Shown: positions 9,512 to 20,279, counted from the first letter of the stretch. The stretch: 64,000 nt of DNA from Nitrosopumilales archaeon (GCA_044507735.1 JBIQJB010000009.1:8746-72745); one strand, 5' to 3'. Made by a program: numbers and translations. Notes: generated by a model not told the origin, from the sequence alone.

Positions 9512-10129
9512 ATGCAAGAAAGGCATCCACCAGAAAACAACCAACGTCAATACGTCCTTCTGAGACGTGGGTGGACCGTTAGAAGACTCTGGATCATATC
9601 CATTGTCGGGCTAACAGGGCTAGCCCTGGATGCAGCATTCCACACACTCAGTTCGGGAACGCCACTGACCATTATCTTTGACGGGGCGGATTTTTCAACC
9701 GGGGAGATGGTCCTGACTACTTCCCCAGAGATCGCGACGCTATCCTGGGTAGGGCATACAATGTTCTTGGCGGCATTTGCTTTGCTGATAGTGCTACCGC
9801 GGGTTTTCTTCGGCAAATCTCCTTGGATGGAGCCGGCAGCCGGCGGACGGAGATGGTCAGTGCTGAAGCAAGGCCGCACCGTGACGCAGCTTTGGATGGT
9901 AGCAATGGTCGGGCTGGCAGGAATGTCCCTTGATGTCGCCTTTCACTGGTTGCAAGACGGCTCGCCTGAGCAGGTGCTGATCAACGGCACCGATGATCCA
10001 AACCCTGCAATTGGTGCACTCGCGCTGGCCGCGCATGTAATGTTCATAGGCGCGTTCACAATGCTGATCTTTCTGCCAAAGATACTCTTTGCTAGACACA
10101 CCACGACGATGCCAGTTGCAAACAGGTAA
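9512..10129 (+). CDS. 4-TM membrane protein with internal duplication, DxxxH...H in each half
   Basis: Two alignable repeats: LDAAFH...GHTMF and LDVAFH...AHVMF. Confidence 0.8.
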   Translation: MQERHPPENNQRQYVLLRRGWTVRRLWIISIVGLTGLALDAAFHTLSSGTPLTIIFDGADFSTGEMVLTTSPEIATLSWVGHTMFLAAFALLIVLPRVFFGKSPWMEPAAGGRRWSVLKQGRTVTQLWMVAMVGLAGMSLDVAFHWLQDGSPEQVLINGTDDPNPAIGALALAAHVMFIGAFTMLIFLPKILFARHTTTMPVANR

Positions 10130-10130
10130 G

Positions 10131-10670
10131 ATGAAGCCACACATAATTGCGGTTGCAGCAGCCGCATTCGCCATTTTCTTTGCCACGTCAGTCGGCTATC
10201 ATGTCGCACCTGTGTACGCCCATCTTGCTAGTAGTGTTGATAGCGGGGCCGCAATAAAGAACGTCAACAACAAATACCAGATAGCGTTTCAGCAGTATCC
10301 CAAAATCGCAAAAATGGGCGAAAACGCAACGCTGCATTTCACTATCCTCAACAGCAGCGATAACTCAAACGTACTTGGCGTACATGCCGCGATGCTGATG
10401 AAGGAAAAGGATTCCGGCAAGGTTGTCAACCAGATGCCCTACAGATTCTATGAAGTCGGCGACATTTCTATACCCTACAAATTCGCCAGCAACGAGGATT
10501 ATGTGGTAACACTGGTAGCAAGGACGAGTGAGGATCCATCTGAGCCGATTGAGGCGGATTTTGACGTATCTGTGGGCCAAACAATGTCTTCAAATCTACT
10601 TCTCATGATGTTCGTGCCATTCGCAGCGGCAGTTGCCGGCGGCCTCATCTTTATGCTTAGGCGCAAATGA
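10131..10670 (+). CDS. exported Ig-like (YtkA/FixH-like) protein with a C-terminal membrane anchor
   Basis: Signal peptide ending VYA|H, beta-rich middle and a C-terminal TM followed by RRK; starts 1 nt after the upstream stop. Confidence 0.75.
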   Translation: MKPHIIAVAAAAFAIFFATSVGYHVAPVYAHLASSVDSGAAIKNVNNKYQIAFQQYPKIAKMGENATLHFTILNSSDNSNVLGVHAAMLMKEKDSGKVVNQMPYRFYEVGDISIPYKFASNEDYVVTLVARTSEDPSEPIEADFDVSVGQTMSSNLLLMMFVPFAAAVAGGLIFMLRRK

Positions 10671-10996
10671 TCTTGTGCGTTGTGGCATTCATCGTTGATG
10701 TCTGTGCCAAAATCTGGTGCAGCATGACACTGTACCGTCAAGTCAATCCTACACTAGCTTACAAAAGCTGACCTCTGCATTCCTTTTGCCAGTCGCTCTA
10801 GATGCGCGTATGTGTGCATGCATGCATGCATGAATACATGTCCGCTGGCCAGCATCAGATTGTTTGATATGCTCAGAGGCAGGGGGCAACAGCAGCGGCT
10901 GCTATACTATCTGAAAGCCATGTTCTGTCTCCGTTATTTAGCAGGGAGGTGATTGAATACCTATAAGGTAGGAAATGCAACTATATCATTGCCATC

Positions 10997-12169
10997 TTGT
11001 CGTTTCAGATAGGGCATGTCCGAGGCATACCAGTGAGGATACACTTTACACTGGTTCTGGCATTCTTGCTCATAATGTGGACGCTTGCAGTCGGATTCAT
11101 GCCCCAGTACTCGCCGGGCCTAACTACTGCGCAATACTGGATCATGGGGGCGGCCGGCGCGGTAGTATTGTTCTTCTCTGTCTTTGTTCACGAGCTAATG
11201 CATTCGGTAGTCGCCATACGTTATGGAATCAAGGTAAGGCAGATCATGCTTTTCATCTTTGGCGGCGTGTCTGAAATAACTGAAGAGACGCGAGATTTCA
11301 AGAAGGAATTCAACATCGCAATAGCGGGTCCGGCGACCAGCTTTGTGATAGCCGCCGTGCTTGCGGGGCTGTGGTGGGCCGTGTCAAATACCGATGTCGC
11401 CAACTTTCAGCTAATGCTTGCGATGCAGACGATAGAAGGCGTGCTGCTATATGGCGCAATAATAAACGCGCTGGTAGGCGGGTTCAATCTGATCCCTGCT
11501 TTCCCGCTAGACGGCGGCAGGGTGCTGCGCTCCGCCCTTGTCCGGCAGAAAAGGAGCTTCGACGACGCCACAAGGATCGCTGCTAGGGTGGGCGTCGCAA
11601 TATCCTACGTGTTCATGGGCATCGGGTTTGTCATAATGCTGACTGGCTCGTTTATCAGCGGCATATGGCTGCTGGTGTTAGGATGGTTTCTGAACAGCGG
11701 AGCGCAATCGTATCTGCAACAGCACGAGCTCTCCTCATTGCTATCAGGATTGAAGGTCGGGAATCTCATGAATACTCAGGTCATTGCAGTAAGGGAGGAT
11801 GTTGCGGTCGATAAATTGCTGCAGGACTATTTTGGGAATTATATGAAAAGCTCTTTTCCAGTAGTAGATGCTACCGGCCGGCTCTTGGGTATGGTGATGC
11901 TCAGGGCCGCAGTACAGGTCCCTGTTGAAAAGAGGCAGCTAACAAGAGCCAGCGACATAATGGTCCCTGCCAGCGAACTAGCAATCATGGGACCTGACAG
12001 AAAAGCGGACGAAGCATTGCAGCAGATGACCCGGACCCGAATTGGCAAGGTGTTTGTCTGCGATCCAGATAGAAGGCTGATAGGACTTGTGAGCAAGACT
12101 GACATATTGAGCGTTGCCAGCGAGAGGCAGGAATACAGAAAGGGGCTCGAGGGCTACACCACTAGGTAA
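10997..12169 (+). CDS. site-2 protease (M50) with CBS pair
   Basis: HELMH, NLIPAFPLDGG and C-terminal CBS domains. Confidence 0.95.
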   Translation: MSFQIGHVRGIPVRIHFTLVLAFLLIMWTLAVGFMPQYSPGLTTAQYWIMGAAGAVVLFFSVFVHELMHSVVAIRYGIKVRQIMLFIFGGVSEITEETRDFKKEFNIAIAGPATSFVIAAVLAGLWWAVSNTDVANFQLMLAMQTIEGVLLYGAIINALVGGFNLIPAFPLDGGRVLRSALVRQKRSFDDATRIAARVGVAISYVFMGIGFVIMLTGSFISGIWLLVLGWFLNSGAQSYLQQHELSSLLSGLKVGNLMNTQVIAVREDVAVDKLLQDYFGNYMKSSFPVVDATGRLLGMVMLRAAVQVPVEKRQLTRASDIMVPASELAIMGPDRKADEALQQMTRTRIGKVFVCDPDRRLIGLVSKTDILSVASERQEYRKGLEGYTTR

Positions 12170-12239
12170 TGCATGGCGCAAGTCTGCTTGCATGTGTTCT
12201 ACAAAAAAGGAGAAGGAAAAAGGAGAAAGGAAGACTATG

Positions 12240-12776
12240 TTAGATGTCGTTCTTGCCTTCGAGATGGGCCCTCAACATCCACGCCATCTTCTCGTGCTTT
12301 TCAACTTTTTCCTGCAAGAAGTTACTCGTCACCATATCGTCATACTTGTCTTCACATTCCTCGACGTTCTTGCGGAGTGTCTGTATGATAGTCTCATGGT
12401 CACTCAGGAGGTTTGATATCATTGTCTGTGCATCCGGGTGCTGACCTGGATCCTCATTGATGCTTGAATGCCTGACAAATTCGTCCAGTGTGCCTAGTGA
12501 CTTGGCACCAAGCTGCCTCACTCTCTCTGCAATCCCATCAACCATTTCGTCGAGCTCTTCGTACTGCTCTTCAAAGAATTCGTGGAGCTGATGGAAACGG
12601 GGTCCCACAACGTTCCAGTGATACTTTCTCGTTTTCGTGTAGAGCACATATTCGTCACACAGCCTCATGTTCAGGATCTCGGCAATCTTTTTCCGAGCAT
12701 CATCCTTGACTCCGATATCGACCTTGACATCCTTATCCATTACTGCAGTTGCTTCGGTAGCACTTTTTGATGCCAT
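12240..12776 (-). CDS. dps: Dps ferritin-like protein
   Basis: YHWNVVGPRFHQLHEFFEEQY...DGIAER and HEKMAWML. Confidence 0.95.
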   Translation of the reverse strand: MASKSATEATAVMDKDVKVDIGVKDDARKKIAEILNMRLCDEYVLYTKTRKYHWNVVGPRFHQLHEFFEEQYEELDEMVDGIAERVRQLGAKSLGTLDEFVRHSSINEDPGQHPDAQTMISNLLSDHETIIQTLRKNVEECEDKYDDMVTSNFLQEKVEKHEKMAWMLRAHLEGKNDI

Positions 12777-12859
12777 GTGCACAATGAGACACAAAATTAT
12801 TTATGAGATATACAACAAGGTGCCGGACGGCTTATTATGCTTAGTAGCGCAGCTGATTC

Positions 12860-13267
12860 ATGGCAAGGAAGAAAGCCACTGCACGCGACGTTGACATGCT
12901 TTTTCGGATTGCCGAGCTCTATAACACCGAATATGATTTTTCAGCTGCCGAGTGGTTCTGGGGGCAGTTCCACGAAAAGACCATAGAAGAATTTACTAGC
13001 AAGTATGCGCATGGGAGCAGGGAGTACCAGTATTTTGAGAGGTTTACAAGCAAGTTTGAGCTCGCGGGTCTTATGGTTGAGCATGGGTTTCTCAGTGCCG
13101 ATCTGTTCTTTGACCGCTACGGGTCGCTGGAAGCAGAATGGGACAAGTCCAAGCCCATAATCTATGGTTTGCGGGAAAAGTGGAACGAGCCGCGGCATAG
13201 AGAGAACTTTGAGCTCTTGGCAATGGAGGGGAAAAAGTGGCATGAAACACACCCGCCCAAATTGTGA
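12860..13267 (+). CDS. hypothetical helical protein (DUF4760-like)
   Basis: FELAGLMVEHGFL..DLFF and ENFELLA pattern; divergent from dps. Confidence 0.65.
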   Translation: MARKKATARDVDMLFRIAELYNTEYDFSAAEWFWGQFHEKTIEEFTSKYAHGSREYQYFERFTSKFELAGLMVEHGFLSADLFFDRYGSLEAEWDKSKPIIYGLREKWNEPRHRENFELLAMEGKKWHETHPPKL

Positions 13268-13399
13268 AGAGCCATTATGGCACTGAACTACCCAATATCC
13301 TCCTTCAACACTTAAAACAGATGCGGAGTCACAGGGGCGGCATATGATAAATTCTGCTTTAACCGAGAAGCTCGTGCAATTCTTTAGCGAATCGCTTGC

Positions 13400-13708
13400 G
13401 ATGGAACATATGCTGCATCTGTGGACAGCAACATAACGACGATAGACACAATGACAGAATTCACAGGGGATTGCATTGTTGCACAGAGAATAATCCAATA
13501 ATAGTCAACGCAGACGTGAGTGGTGCGTACAATATGTTGATGAAGGTAGCTGCAAATGGCTCTTCTTCTCGTGATTGTTCTGAGCACAACAAACAGGAGA
13601 GGAGCAGCAGTAGCAGGCATTTGGCTATGCCTCTAATGCTCAGGTGGGAGAAGTACCATCGATGGCATTAGGAAGAAGCCCATACTCTTCAGGGTTGGGA
13701 GAAGTCAC
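13400..13708 (+). mobile_element. IS200/IS605-family remnant: tnpB 3' end plus right end
   Basis: CCICG...RIHRGL..C...NADVSGAYNML (TnpB Zn finger/RuvC-III), then GAAGCCCATACTCTTCAGGGTTGGGAGAAGTCAC hairpin end. Confidence 0.75.
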
Positions 13709-13801
13709 ATGATATCTGGAGTTTTTTTGCGAGATTCAAGTTCAGAGTGATGATAGTGCGAAATATTATTCATTTATAATTTCGATGGTGCAAAGCTCTC
13801 C

Positions 13802-14125
13802 ATGCAAAATCCATCTGATTCCATCGACGACGACCTCCTGCCAGCGGAGAAAATAGCATTCATTGCTTACAATGTTGGAGTATTTGAGTCCGTGCAAAAG
13901 TTTGGCAGCCTCATTATCGCAGGCAAGATAGAAGGAGGAATGGATCCCGCAAACGTTGCAGAGCTCCTCGAGAATGTACACGCGTTTTACGACTCTGAGA
14001 TGATTGCACAGCTCGTAAACGGAATGCTGAGGCAGAGTGGAAACACCACCATAGGCCGGGTGACCGCCGGCCAGGTAGAAAATGTCATCAGGCAGCTAAA
14101 GGCTGCCGGTGTGCGGCTCGGCTAG
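13802..14125 (+). CDS. hypothetical protein
   Basis: 107-aa ORF with protein-like composition filling the intergenic space. Confidence 0.7.
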   Translation: MQNPSDSIDDDLLPAEKIAFIAYNVGVFESVQKFGSLIIAGKIEGGMDPANVAELLENVHAFYDSEMIAQLVNGMLRQSGNTTIGRVTAGQVENVIRQLKAAGVRLG

Positions 14126-14244
14126 GAAGAATACTGGTCTTCGCCACCGAGCGATTCAAGATAAGCTGAATGACACGCCTTGCACTGGTTCCCGACAAAC
14201 TCCTTTTCGTCAACTTCCTGCTTACACGTGTTGCACTTTTTCAT
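14122..14244 (-). CDS. 40-aa Zn-finger micro-protein
   Basis: MKKCNTCKQEVDEKEFVGNQCKACHSAYLESLGGEDQYSS (two CxxC); 3' part of the 107-aa track ORF. Confidence 0.65.
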   Translation of the reverse strand: MKKCNTCKQEVDEKEFVGNQCKACHSAYLESLGGEDQYSS

Positions 14245-14333
14245 TTTTTGAAAAAAATTGTGCTGCCATTGATAACTGTTTGCCTGGCAACAATGCATGG
14301 GGCGGGAATTCGCTGTGCAGGTAAGCTTGAGGA

Positions 14334-14921
14334 TCAAAGGATGAGTACAGCAGCGCTGACCACCGTCGTCCAGAGGCCATCCTTGTGACCCTCGGCCGAC
14401 TTGGTAAAGTTCTGAGTCTTGTAAATCTTGTTTGACAGCCTCCACTGCTCCTCCTTCTCATTCCATGTCAGGCTTGGGTCGTTCGGCAGCCCGAGAGTGG
14501 TGGCCAGCATTTCCATCGCCATGTCCTCAGCATAGTCTCCGGCCTTTTGTGCAGTTTCACCGGTTGGATGGTGTTCCGACAAGTATCCATGCTGGCTTTC
14601 GTCAGCCGGCCTAGCAAGGCCGATGGACGCGCACACTAGTCTATTCGGCTCGTTGGTAGCAGCCCTTGCCATCACCGCAAACGTCACCTGGCCAGGAAGC
14701 AGGCGCCTTCTGCCCTCCTGCCTGCTCACAATCTTGCAGCGGGGAGGCAGGATGCTTGAAACAGAGACGAGGTTGAGATCAGCTATCTCGGCATCCCTGA
14801 GTGCAAGCTCAAAGCTTGTCAGGTAGTCCTTGTGCACGCCTTTGCCTTTTGTAAAGAACATCATCTTTGGCACATAGAGCGCAGGGTTTGAAGTAGACGA
14901 TGAATCCTGCTGCAGTTCCAT
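14334..14921 (-). CDS. pdaD: pyruvoyl-dependent arginine decarboxylase
   Basis: SFELALRDAEIADLNLVSVSSILPP (S-S cleavage site) and GYLSEH. Confidence 0.93.
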   Translation of the reverse strand: MELQQDSSSTSNPALYVPKMMFFTKGKGVHKDYLTSFELALRDAEIADLNLVSVSSILPPRCKIVSRQEGRRRLLPGQVTFAVMARAATNEPNRLVCASIGLARPADESQHGYLSEHHPTGETAQKAGDYAEDMAMEMLATTLGLPNDPSLTWNEKEEQWRLSNKIYKTQNFTKSAEGHKDGLWTTVVSAAVLIL

Positions 14922-15350
14922 GAAAAGGATTGGCCGACAAAACAGATTAGGGTTCTATAATATATAGTCAAGATGGGCCGCCCTGCAGTTTGTCCAAAGC
15001 TGTATTATACCGGAAGCGCCTATATGTGGTTGAAAATGATGGAAAATGCAGTCTTTTTCCGCATTGGCGATGCCCATAGTGAACTCACTAGGAGCATCTG
15101 GCTACCCTGCGCTGCAAACCTTCTTGTTTCATGTATTGGATAAGAAGAGTAGACTCTTCTTGCTTTCAAGCAAAAAGACGTTCTTTGTCATGCTTGCCGC
15201 AGTTGTGGCAGAGGTGCTCGAGGAAGTATTCTAGATGGCGGGCGAGTAGGTATCGGCCGCCTTCATCATCATCCTACTTTTTTTCGATTTTGCATCAAGA
15301 CCCTCGGTCTAGTTTAATATAATCCGGTCAGCAAAACAAGGCTTGGACTA

Positions 15351-16208
15351 TTGTTGTTGAAGATCGGGGACGTCAAGATCGGCGGGGCAAGAAGCAAGCT
15401 TGTGCCAAAAGTGCTGGGGATCATTAATGCAAGCCCCGAGTCCTTTTACAAGGCGTCTGTCCGCACAAGCGAGCAGGAGATCGCAGCAGCTGCAAGACAG
15501 ATGCAGGCCGATGGAGCCCACATCATCGACGTTGGCGCAATGTCTACTGCGCCCTATCTTGAGACAGTAATCCCTGTCGAGGAAGAGATCAGGAGGATGA
15601 AGATGGCCATCAAGGCTGTGAAAGGCGCATGCGATCTGCCTGTCTCTGCAGATACTCCGCGTGCTGCAGTCGCTGAAGAAGCAATAGCGGCCGGAGCCGA
15701 TGCGATAAACGACGTGACTGGCCTGAAACACGACGGCAAGATGGCAAATGTTGCAGCAAAGACTGGAGTACCTGTAATAATCGGTGCTTACAGCAAGTCT
15801 CCTGCCACGGGCAGGCTCGCAGGCACGGTAAAGGCATTGAAGGAAAGCCTTGCCATTGCAAGAAAGGCCGGCATCAAGGAAGCAATAGTCGATCCGTCGA
15901 TAGGCTTTTTCAGAGAGGAGGGCAAGAATCCTTTCTTTACGAGAATGAATGATGTGCCGTGGTATGTGCGCGATATCGAAGTGCTCAATAATCTGGAAAA
16001 GATTGCCTCGCTGGGGCCCGTGTGCGTGTCTGTATCTAGAAAGTCTTTCATGGGGCACCTGCTTGGCATAAAGGGGGATGACAGGCTCGTGCCCTCCATC
16101 GTGTGCGAAGTGATGGCGGTCATGAACGGCGCAGGGATGATAAGGACGCACAGTGTCAGAGAAACTGTTTACGCTCTGACGATGCTGCAGTTGTTGAAAG
16201 CCCCATAG
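15351..16208 (+). CDS. folP: dihydropteroate synthase
   Basis: GIINASPESF, DVGAMST, SADT, INDVTG, SRKSF and RTH. Confidence 0.93.
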   Translation: MLLKIGDVKIGGARSKLVPKVLGIINASPESFYKASVRTSEQEIAAAARQMQADGAHIIDVGAMSTAPYLETVIPVEEEIRRMKMAIKAVKGACDLPVSADTPRAAVAEEAIAAGADAINDVTGLKHDGKMANVAAKTGVPVIIGAYSKSPATGRLAGTVKALKESLAIARKAGIKEAIVDPSIGFFREEGKNPFFTRMNDVPWYVRDIEVLNNLEKIASLGPVCVSVSRKSFMGHLLGIKGDDRLVPSIVCEVMAVMNGAGMIRTHSVRETVYALTMLQLLKAP

Positions 16209-16259
16209 GAATACCAAACGCTTATAATCCTACGAGCCGACTAGACAGCAAGGGAATAG

Positions 16260-17693
16260 TTGGAGATCAGAGAAGGTCTGACATTTGACGACGTACTTCT
16301 TGTTCCTAAACGGTCGCCCGTAGTTTCCAGGTTACAGACAGACCTCCGCACAAAGCTTTCGCGCAACATCACGCTCAACATACCGATCATTAGCGCCAAC
16401 ATGGACACCGTGACAGAGTCGGGAATGGCCGTAGCACTTGCAAGAGAAGGCGGAATCGGCATCATACACCGCTTTATGACAATAGAGGATCAGGTTGACG
16501 AGATCCTGAAGGTCAAGAGGTCAGAATCTGTAATGATAGAGCAGCCGTACACTGTCAAGCCGGACATCACTGTTGCGGAAGTGAAAAAGGCGATGGCAGA
16601 ATATGGCGTTTCAGGATTGCTAGTTGAGGATGGCAGAAAGCTTGTTGGCATAATCACCCGGCGCGATATTACTTTTGAAAAGAACAACAAGCGCAAGGTA
16701 TCAGAGCTTATGACTAAAGAAGTCATAACTGCCAAGGCCGGCACCACAATAGATCAGGCAAAAGAGATCCTGCACAAGCAGCGCATTGAAAAGCTGCCGA
16801 TAGTGGACGACAAGCAGAGAATAGTGGGGCTCATCACCAGCAAGGATATTTTGAAAATGGATCAGTATCCGCACGCGTCAAAGGACAAGAAGGGCAGGCT
16901 GTTGGTAGGCGCAGCGGTAGGAGTAAAGGGCGACTACCTGGAGCGTGCAGAGGCCCTGCTGGAGGCGGGAGCCGACGTGCTGGTCGTTGACATTGCGCAT
17001 GGCCACAGCGAAAATGCGATAAACACTGTCCAGATGATAAAGAAGGCCTTTCCAAACTGTGAACTGATAGCGGGCAACATTGCGACAGGCGAAGGTGCCC
17101 GCGACCTCATCAAGGCTGGCGTTGATGCCGTCAAAGTCGGGGTAGGCTCGGGATCAATATGCATCACAAGAGTCGTGACAGGCTCTGGCGTGCCGCAGTT
17201 GACGGCCGTCCTTGATAGCGTCAAGGTCGCTCGTGATTATGATGTTCCGGTAATTTCTGACGGAGGCGTCCGGACTTCTGGAGACATTACAAAAGCGCTT
17301 GCCGCAGGCGCGTCTTCTGTGATGGTGGGCAGCCTCTTTGGAGGAACTGACGAGAGTCCTGGAAAGACCCTGGTGAAGAACGGCAAGAAATACAAGATGT
17401 ACCGCGGCATGGCATCGTTCTATGCGTCGCTTGGCCGCAAGTACCGTGAAGAGGGCCCCGAAGTAGTCGACTCTGACGACCTCAATGACTATGTGCCTGA
17501 AGGCGTCGAGGCGATGGTACCCTACAAGGGAAGTGTGGTTGAGATCGTGCGGCAGCTGGTTGGCGGGCTGAGATCGGGTCTGTCGTACTGTGGCGCCAAG
17601 ACCATTGCTGAAATGCAAAAGAACGCCGAGTTCATAAAGATGACCTCTGCCGGTTACATAGAGAGCCAGCCTCACGACGTTGACCTGATGTAA
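16260..17693 (+). CDS. guaB: IMP dehydrogenase
   Basis: [13 protein letters not shown] pair and [10 protein letters not shown]. Confidence 0.98.
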   Translation: MEIREGLTFDDVLLVPKRSPVVSRLQTDLRTKLSRNITLNIPIISANMDTVTESGMAVALAREGGIGIIHRFMTIEDQVDEILKVKRSESVMIEQPYTVKPDITVAEVKKAMAEYGVSGLLVEDGRKLVGIITRRDITFEKNNKRKVSELMTKEVITAKAGTTIDQAKEILHKQRIEKLPIVDDKQRIVGLITSKDILKMDQYPHASKDKKGRLLVGAAVGVKGDYLERAEALLEAGADVLVVDIAHGHSENAINTVQMIKKAFPNCELIAGNIATGEGARDLIKAGVDAVKVGVGSGSICITRVVTGSGVPQLTAVLDSVKVARDYDVPVISDGGVRTSGDITKALAAGASSVMVGSLFGGTDESPGKTLVKNGKKYKMYRGMASFYASLGRKYREEGPEVVDSDDLNDYVPEGVEAMVPYKGSVVEIVRQLVGGLRSGLSYCGAKTIAEMQKNAEFIKMTSAGYIESQPHDVDLM

Positions 17694-17800
17694 TCACAGT
17701 CCATTGGTAAACATGGCTCGAAATCTCTTCCGGAGTGAGTACATGTTTTCTCGAATCGGGCTCTGTACCTCCTAAATAGTGAGCCATCGTTTGGCTTGTA

Positions 17801-20272
17801 TTGAGCAGGAAGAAAGGGGTAGCAGTTGCCATTATCGCGGTTTTTGCAGTAATTGGGGGAATGGTGGCTCTTGCAAACATGCCACGACAGGAGGGGTCTA
17901 GCCTTGCTCCGTTACTTACAACGATGGACCGGAGCAATGAATCAGAAAACGATAGCACAGCTACTACAATAACTGAAAAGCCAGAGGAACAGCAGCAGCC
18001 GGACGGTACCACCAATGGTTCAGTGAGTGCCGGTAACACCGTCATTGCAAACAACACGACTATCGTGATAAACAAGCCTGTTTACCGCAATAACACGATA
18101 ATTTACCAGCCAGTCACGATAAACCTTGAGAACTACAAGACAGTCATCAATACCTCCAGCCACCCTGTGCAGGCGAGCGGTGAAGTGGGGGGAAACAGCC
18201 AACCGGACGGCCAGGCAGCAGATACCAACCACAGCATGACTATTACCGCGAAAAGGATCAAGTCTGAAGGCTGGAGCGATAGATTCATCGACGACCGAAC
18301 TGGCATGTTTACGGCAGTTTATGATATCCACGGCAATTTGATAGACGCAGGCTATGCAGACGAGCGCGGCTTTACCGTGGGCGGCCTTGAAGACAAGCTC
18401 TACTTTGTGTTTCCTGCAGACTGCACCGACTGTAACGGATCAAAGAATGATATAATGTTCCAGCATTGGGAAGACGGCAGCACTGACAGACCTCGGCTGG
18501 TTCCCGCCGACTCGGAGCTTAGCGCCAGCTATAGGTTGGTGGTACCTGAACGGCCAAAACAAGTTCCTATTACTCCCCCTCCAGGCGAGAATCCGCCAGG
18601 CGGAGCGGAGCAAGAAGCAGCTCCTCGAACCGACAACGGGACTGCGAGTGCAACAGAACCAAAGATAACTCTGGAGGCACAGGATGCAAGATTCGTCTAC
18701 GGGTGGGTGCAGGTCATTGCGCGCTTACAGAACAAGGTGGACGGCTTTGACCAGATTACAATCACGGTGTACAGGCCAGACGGGACGCTGCACGATACCT
18801 TCTACTCTGACCAGATGGGATTTTTTGCGTCAAGGGAAGCAGGCGAGGGGGATTACAGGATAGTCGCGACCTATGAATACGGTAATGGCACTGCTGAGGC
18901 CGAGATCACACACCCGATCAAGTTTGCAACACCTGAATTTTCCAAACTTGCAGTGATGGAGGATGATGGCAATGGTACCGTGCGCCTCAATGGCATGCTA
19001 GAGAATGGGATTGCAGGCGAGAACATCACTATATCGGTCAAATCGCCAAGTGGAGGCGAACTAAAGAAGTACCGCTTGAGCTTTGGCACAACACCTGTGT
19101 TTACGCTCTTTATCTCTGCTGACGATGTTGATAAGATATTCAAGAGTACCGGCAACTACACATTCACAGTCACGCACGTGCCGACCGGCGTAACCGGCAA
19201 CGCCACCCTGTTCCATGGCGCCCCTGAAACCCAGACAGCGAACGTTGTCCTGAACGTCAGCGCCAATACCGGCAGGTCTGTCAATGCGGCGATAGCGGCT
19301 CAGGGAAGCAGAGTTTACGCAGTATGGGAAGACGACACTTCGGGCCAGAGTGGAATCATGTTTGCAAAAAGTGACGACGGTGGCAAGACATTCGGCGAGC
19401 CGGTCACAATAGGCCAGCCAGAAGCGGGCGGCTTTGTGCAGGATCCGGACATCGCAGTCTCCGGCAACAATGTCTATGTTGTTTGGGCAGACTATGATTC
19501 AGGCGAAGCATCGACTGCTGCGTTTGCCATGAGCGCGGACGCCGGAAACACCTTTGGCAACAAGACTGTACTTGGCGACCGCCTAGGCGAAGGGGCAGAT
19601 CCGAATGTTGCTGTATTTGGAGGGAACGTATATGTGTCTTGGATAAGAGGTGCACAGGAAGAGTTTGCAGGCAATCTGATCATCGCAAGAAGCTCAGATG
19701 GAATTGTCTTTGAGGCGGCACAGATGACAGAAAAAGTGGATGCCGTATCGATGACCAGCACCGATACCAGTCTGTACCTCACATGGCTGCACTATCCAAC
19801 CGGCGACAGCTCTGAACAGTCGATCAACTTTGTTGCAAGAAGCGAAAACGGCGTTGACTTTGAAATAACAGAGGAAGATCCATTCCCCGGAATTGTGGCG
19901 ACCTCTATTGCAGCTTCACCCAACAATAATAACACGGTCTACGTCGCAGGCTATGCAAACGATACAGTAATCCTTGCAAAGGGTAACAGTGGCGATATCA
20001 ACGCCTTTAGCACGACAGAAATTTCCAACGGCACAACAGCGTCTGTGGCCGCTTCAGGCAACGCCGTGTACCTTGCGTGGGAATGGGATGGGGAAATATT
20101 CTTCTCATCAAGCTCTGACCGTGGCGAGACATTCGGCGATCCAGAGAATATCAGCAACAGCGACGAAATCTCGTACTGGCCAAACGTGGCTGCAGCGAAC
20201 CAAACTGCGTACATAGCGTGGACGGAAGGAGCTGGATCCAGCTCTGACATACTGGTAGTGGCAGCAAGTTAG
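17801..20272 (+). CDS. large exported/surface protein with Ig-like domains and a C-terminal Asp-box (BNR, sialidase-like) propeller
   Basis: N-terminal TM; repeated S.D.G.TF (SDDGGKTF, SADAGNTF, SSDRGETF) and VYVVW strands; many NxT sequons. Confidence 0.8.
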   Translation: MSRKKGVAVAIIAVFAVIGGMVALANMPRQEGSSLAPLLTTMDRSNESENDSTATTITEKPEEQQQPDGTTNGSVSAGNTVIANNTTIVINKPVYRNNTIIYQPVTINLENYKTVINTSSHPVQASGEVGGNSQPDGQAADTNHSMTITAKRIKSEGWSDRFIDDRTGMFTAVYDIHGNLIDAGYADERGFTVGGLEDKLYFVFPADCTDCNGSKNDIMFQHWEDGSTDRPRLVPADSELSASYRLVVPERPKQVPITPPPGENPPGGAEQEAAPRTDNGTASATEPKITLEAQDARFVYGWVQVIARLQNKVDGFDQITITVYRPDGTLHDTFYSDQMGFFASREAGEGDYRIVATYEYGNGTAEAEITHPIKFATPEFSKLAVMEDDGNGTVRLNGMLENGIAGENITISVKSPSGGELKKYRLSFGTTPVFTLFISADDVDKIFKSTGNYTFTVTHVPTGVTGNATLFHGAPETQTANVVLNVSANTGRSVNAAIAAQGSRVYAVWEDDTSGQSGIMFAKSDDGGKTFGEPVTIGQPEAGGFVQDPDIAVSGNNVYVVWADYDSGEASTAAFAMSADAGNTFGNKTVLGDRLGEGADPNVAVFGGNVYVSWIRGAQEEFAGNLIIARSSDGIVFEAAQMTEKVDAVSMTSTDTSLYLTWLHYPTGDSSEQSINFVARSENGVDFEITEEDPFPGIVATSIAASPNNNNTVYVAGYANDTVILAKGNSGDINAFSTTEISNGTTASVAASGNAVYLAWEWDGEIFFSSSSDRGETFGDPENISNSDEISYWPNVAAANQTAYIAWTEGAGSSSDILVVAAS

Positions 20273-20279
20273 CATGGAG

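Noticed and set aside
10815-10835. (GCAT)n tandem repeat
   Set aside because: Short microsatellite with no supportable function
15036-15234. DedA-like N-terminal remnant (…LGASGYP…)
   Set aside because: The similarity is too short to support
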